Shown here: in pieces, positions 60,612 to 64,000 of the stretch
Numbering within the stretch: the stretch's first letter is position 1
How the letters are laid out: each line of letters begins with the position of its first letter
From: Guillardia theta CCMP2712
Lineage: Eukaryota > Protista > Cryptophyta
Reading direction: 5' to 3'
NCBI RefSeq assembly: GCF_000315625.1
Contig: NW_005434670.1
Location: 412,833 to 476,832, forward strand
DNA length: 64,000 nucleotides
Program-made: the position numbers and the translations under genes
The notes under the pieces: generated by a model
The model's database searches: none
Told to the model about the DNA's origin: nothing
Seen by the model: the letters and a program-made list of their open reading frames with translations, nothing else

Positions 60612-62967
60612 ATGTCGTGCCGTCGCCTCCTTTTCGGGATCTTGGGGATCTGGGTAGGATGCTCCACGTCTGAAGTCCTGGCCTTCCGGGCTCATCACGC
60701 GGTTGCGAGGAGCTATGCTTCGAGGGGATCTCCTGCTTGCAGGCTCAATGCCAAGAAGACGCCCGAGCATGCGACCGTGCCAACGGCAACGCTATTCCAC
60801 ATGCGCTCGATCGTAGGGAGCGACAGCTCGTCTATGGGCTCGGCTGTGAGTCTGGAGAAGGCTGCCATGTTGCTTTTTGCTACGGTTTCTTTCTTCCTGG
60901 GACAACCAACGATATCGCACGCGGAGTTTTCGCAAGAGCAAGCCTTGGCTGCTGATGTTTGGTCGGTGGTGGACGCAACGTTCGTTGATCGAACTTTCAA
61001 CAACCATGACTGGATGAAACTCAGACAGAACGTGGTCAAGCGCGAGTACTCGGACAGGCAGCAAGTGTGAGTGATGATTGAGCTTGAGAGAACTGTCTTG
61101 TTCCTCTCTGCCTGACTGTCTGTAAGGTATGATGCCATATCCAAGGACCTCCTAGAGCCCCTAGGAGACAAGTACACCCGTTTCATTGACCCTGTCAAGT
61201 TCGAGGCTCTCAAGAACTCGATTGTAAGTCTCAACTTGTCTCGTGACATCCCTCTCACGCTTTCTTGTTCTCAGGTAGGCAAAGGCCAAGATGTAAGTGT
61301 CAGACCCTTGTCCTCGCTGCACGTTCATGCGGTATGCTCAGGTCTCCGGCATCGGCGTCACTCTCTCTCTCGACAAACAGAACAAGCTCGTCAAGATTGT
61401 TGATGTATGCGAGCATGATCGACCTCTCTGATTGATCTCTGCTCACCTTGCGCCAGGTCTTGGACGCATCGCCCGCGGCTGAGGCCGGCTTGAAGCGAGG
61501 AAGTCTAGTGGTGCAGGTCAACGGAATCCCAACAGATGATGGCAAGAGCACCCCGGACGACGTCGCTGCTCTCCTACGAGGACCAACAGCAACCAAAGTG
61601 CGACGGATGCTTCCTCTTCCCTGCTCTCCTCCCCCTCCTCCTCCTTCAAGCGTGAGATGAGTGACACATTGACAGGCGAAGCTGAAGCTCAGGTTGCCAG
61701 GCAGTCAGGAGGAGACGGAAGTCACGCTTGAGCGTCGAAAGGTGGCAGTGAAACCAGTAACAGGAGGAATGAACGGCAAGACGAGGTAAAGGCGAGACTT
61801 TTGTAAGCAGCTGATAGTTTGCTCGTCAGCTACATCAAGATCAAGCAGTTCGACACTCAGGTGAAGCAGACAAACCAAGGGTGTGAGGATGACTTGCCGG
61901 CAGACAGCTGAGCTTGTCAAGGATGTCATGCAGAAGAATCTTGCGGCTGGTGCCACCTGCCACGTCCTGGACCTCCGGGACAACGCGGGAGGATACTTCA
62001 GGGCTGGGGTTGACACCGCCGCTCTGTTTCTACCTGCCGGGAAGCCCATTGTGTACGTTGTCAACAAGGTGAGGGAGACGGCTGAATGCCAGCTGGGTCA
62101 TGATTGAGGCAGGACGGGCTTCAAGATTCCTTCTCGAGCTCAGCCGACGGGCTAGACACCCGCAACCCCTTGTTCCTGCTCGTCAACGGGAATACTGCCT
62201 CTGCGTCTGAGATCGTGACCGGTGCTCTCAAGGATCTCGGGCGAGCCAAGGTCAGCCGTCCTCCTCTTCCCCTTCCTCTCCTCCTAGCTCCTTCCTCCCT
62301 CGCTCCTTCCTCCTTCCCGTGGTGTCTCTGCTGACAATCCTTTAATACCTCCTTTCCCATTCCCTCCTTACAAAGCACCTCTAAACTTCACCCTTTGGAT
62401 CCCCTCCCCCTCACAGACGCCTCTGCCCTCCCTCCAGCGATTCTCTGTTCCTGCGGTGAAGCTTACAATGCAGGTTTTGGGTGAGAAAACGTTCGGCAAA
62501 GGAGTGGTCCAGACGGTGAGGAAAAGGGAGGAGGGAGGAGTCAGTGGAGGAGGGACGAGAAAGATCCGGAGGAAGCAGGAGAGGTGAGGGCGGAGGGAGG
62601 AGGTGACCTAGCAGCAGGTCACTCCTCTCTTCGACGGTAGCGCAGTCGCCAGCACCATCGCCCGCTACGAGACCCCGAACCACGAGGACATCAACAAGTA
62701 GCGGCTGCTGTGAGGTGAGAGAGGCTGACGTGAACCGCAGGAAAGGAATCGAGGTGGACGGCACGGAGAAAGACCTCGCATGCCCTGATCCGTAAGACAT
62801 CCTTGAACTACTCCCATTCTCCTTCCCCTCCCCGCTCCCTCCCCTCCCTCCCCTCCTCGTTCCTCGATCCTCGTTCCTCATTTCCTCCGCGGTCTCCATG
62901 GGCTGACCCTCCTCTCCCTTCGCAGTTATCCAAACTTGTGAAGGACGGGTAACTCCTGAGATATTTG
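60612..62967 (+). CDS. ctpA: Thylakoid-lumen C-terminal processing protease (S41A, D1-processing CtpA type)
   Basis: Tripartite leader (VLA-F; lumen signal ending ISHA); VWSVVDATFVDRTFNNHDW, LGDKYTRF, PDZ (SGIGV, SPAAEAGL), LDLRDNAGG, LVNGNTASASEI, GEKTFGKGVVQ, IARYETP..EDINK.GIEVD. Last exon uncertain. Confidence 0.92.
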
Positions 62968-63117
62968 TACTCACTAGACAAGACATTCTTGCTGAAGTAA
63001 CTAGATCACCACTTGATGGAGGGGACCCTCTCAGTCTGAGTAACAACAAGTCAATGGGAACACAGGGAGGAAAGGGAAAGATTGGCGAAGGCAGGAGGAG
63101 GGTAGAGGGACAAGCAA

Positions 63118-64000
63118 TCATTCTCTCACCCTGCGAGTTGTAGCAGGTCGCTCCATGAAAGGAACTTGAAGGTCGATCACCATCCATTCTCCCTGCTTCA
63201 CTCGTCGCGCCACCGTCACCTGCTCACGCTCACTGCTCGCCTTCGTCCTCCTCCCCCTTACCGTGAACATTTTGTCGGATGGAGGGTGCGATGAAATGCA
63301 TCGATAGATGTCGTCGATATTCTCAACAACCTGCAAGACATTCCCTTACTCCTCGGTTCCTCCTCCCCCTCCCCCTCCTCTCCCTCCCCCTCCTCCCCCT
63401 CTCCCTCTCCCTCTCCCTCCCCCTCCCCCTCCCCCTCCTCTCCCTCCTCAGCCCGTTCGCCTTCTCCCACCTTTCCGTTGACAGCCGTCACCAAGTCGTT
63501 CACTTGAACACCTCCTCGCCATCCGGGGCCATCAGGTTCCAGGCCCCTCACGTGCACGACACTTTTGCTCTTGTGAAGCACTTCAGGGAGAGCTCGACGG
63601 AACTCTGGGCTGATGACGACCACCTGGAGCACTCTCTTATTTCGCTCTCGCCCCTACCCTCTCTTGCTCCTCCACCCCCCCCCCTTGCTCCCTCCCCCCT
63701 CCTTGCTCCCACTCTTCCCCATACGTGCTCCCCTTCCCCTAGTCTTGTTCCCCCTCCTCTCTCTCGCCAACCTGGCAGTAGAGGCCGAGCCAAGCTCGTC
63801 TCACTCTGCGATGCGACAGGATCTCCTGCAGGACCCACTTGGCGGTGTTGATGGGGACGCTGAAACTGAGGCCCTGAGCCCCAGCAATGATGGCTGTATT
63901 GATTCCAATGATTTTCCCGCTGCTGCTCACCAATGGACCTCCGGAGTTCCCGGGGTTAAGAGGAACGTTGGTCTGGATGACGTCCTCGATGATGTTCCCT
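63118..64000 (-). CDS. Deg/HtrA serine protease (trypsin + PDZ), 5' part outside window
   Basis: [76 protein letters not shown]. Confidence 0.92.

Overview
Gene-dense eukaryotic nuclear DNA with many short (~40-60 nt) GT-AG introns and bipartite plastid presequences (signal peptide + AxA-F). It is most consistent with a cryptophyte alga (Guillardia-like); that assignment is inference. Bases 1-4620 are a shuffled, two-orientation mosaic of one CRE-type (RLE-class) non-LTR retrotransposon: an RT fragment reading YADN instead of YADD, a broken restriction-like endonuclease, many 3'-end copies and a 100-N gap. The rest holds about 25 mostly spliced genes. Recognisable ones are plastid RimP with a large N-terminal repeat array, an HTH+AT-hook protein, type I inositol 5-phosphatase, a GRIP golgin with recent internal duplications, a multi-BRCT protein, a NO VEIN/DUF3883 protein, an RNI-type LRR protein, FBPase, a Sel1 protein, an IQ+EF-hand protein, Rab-GDI, an Fcf2-domain protein with signal peptide + LRGG, a GCN1/eEF3-like HEAT-only protein, a mitochondrial PPR-like protein, CtpA and a Deg/HtrA protease. 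A 62-aa gene missed by the ORF track was found by hand. Intergenic regions carry recurrent GTAACGG clusters, GGGGTAGGGGT islands and GC-rich palindromic islands. Exon boundaries were read by eye and are approximate. No tRNA, rRNA or CRISPR was seen.
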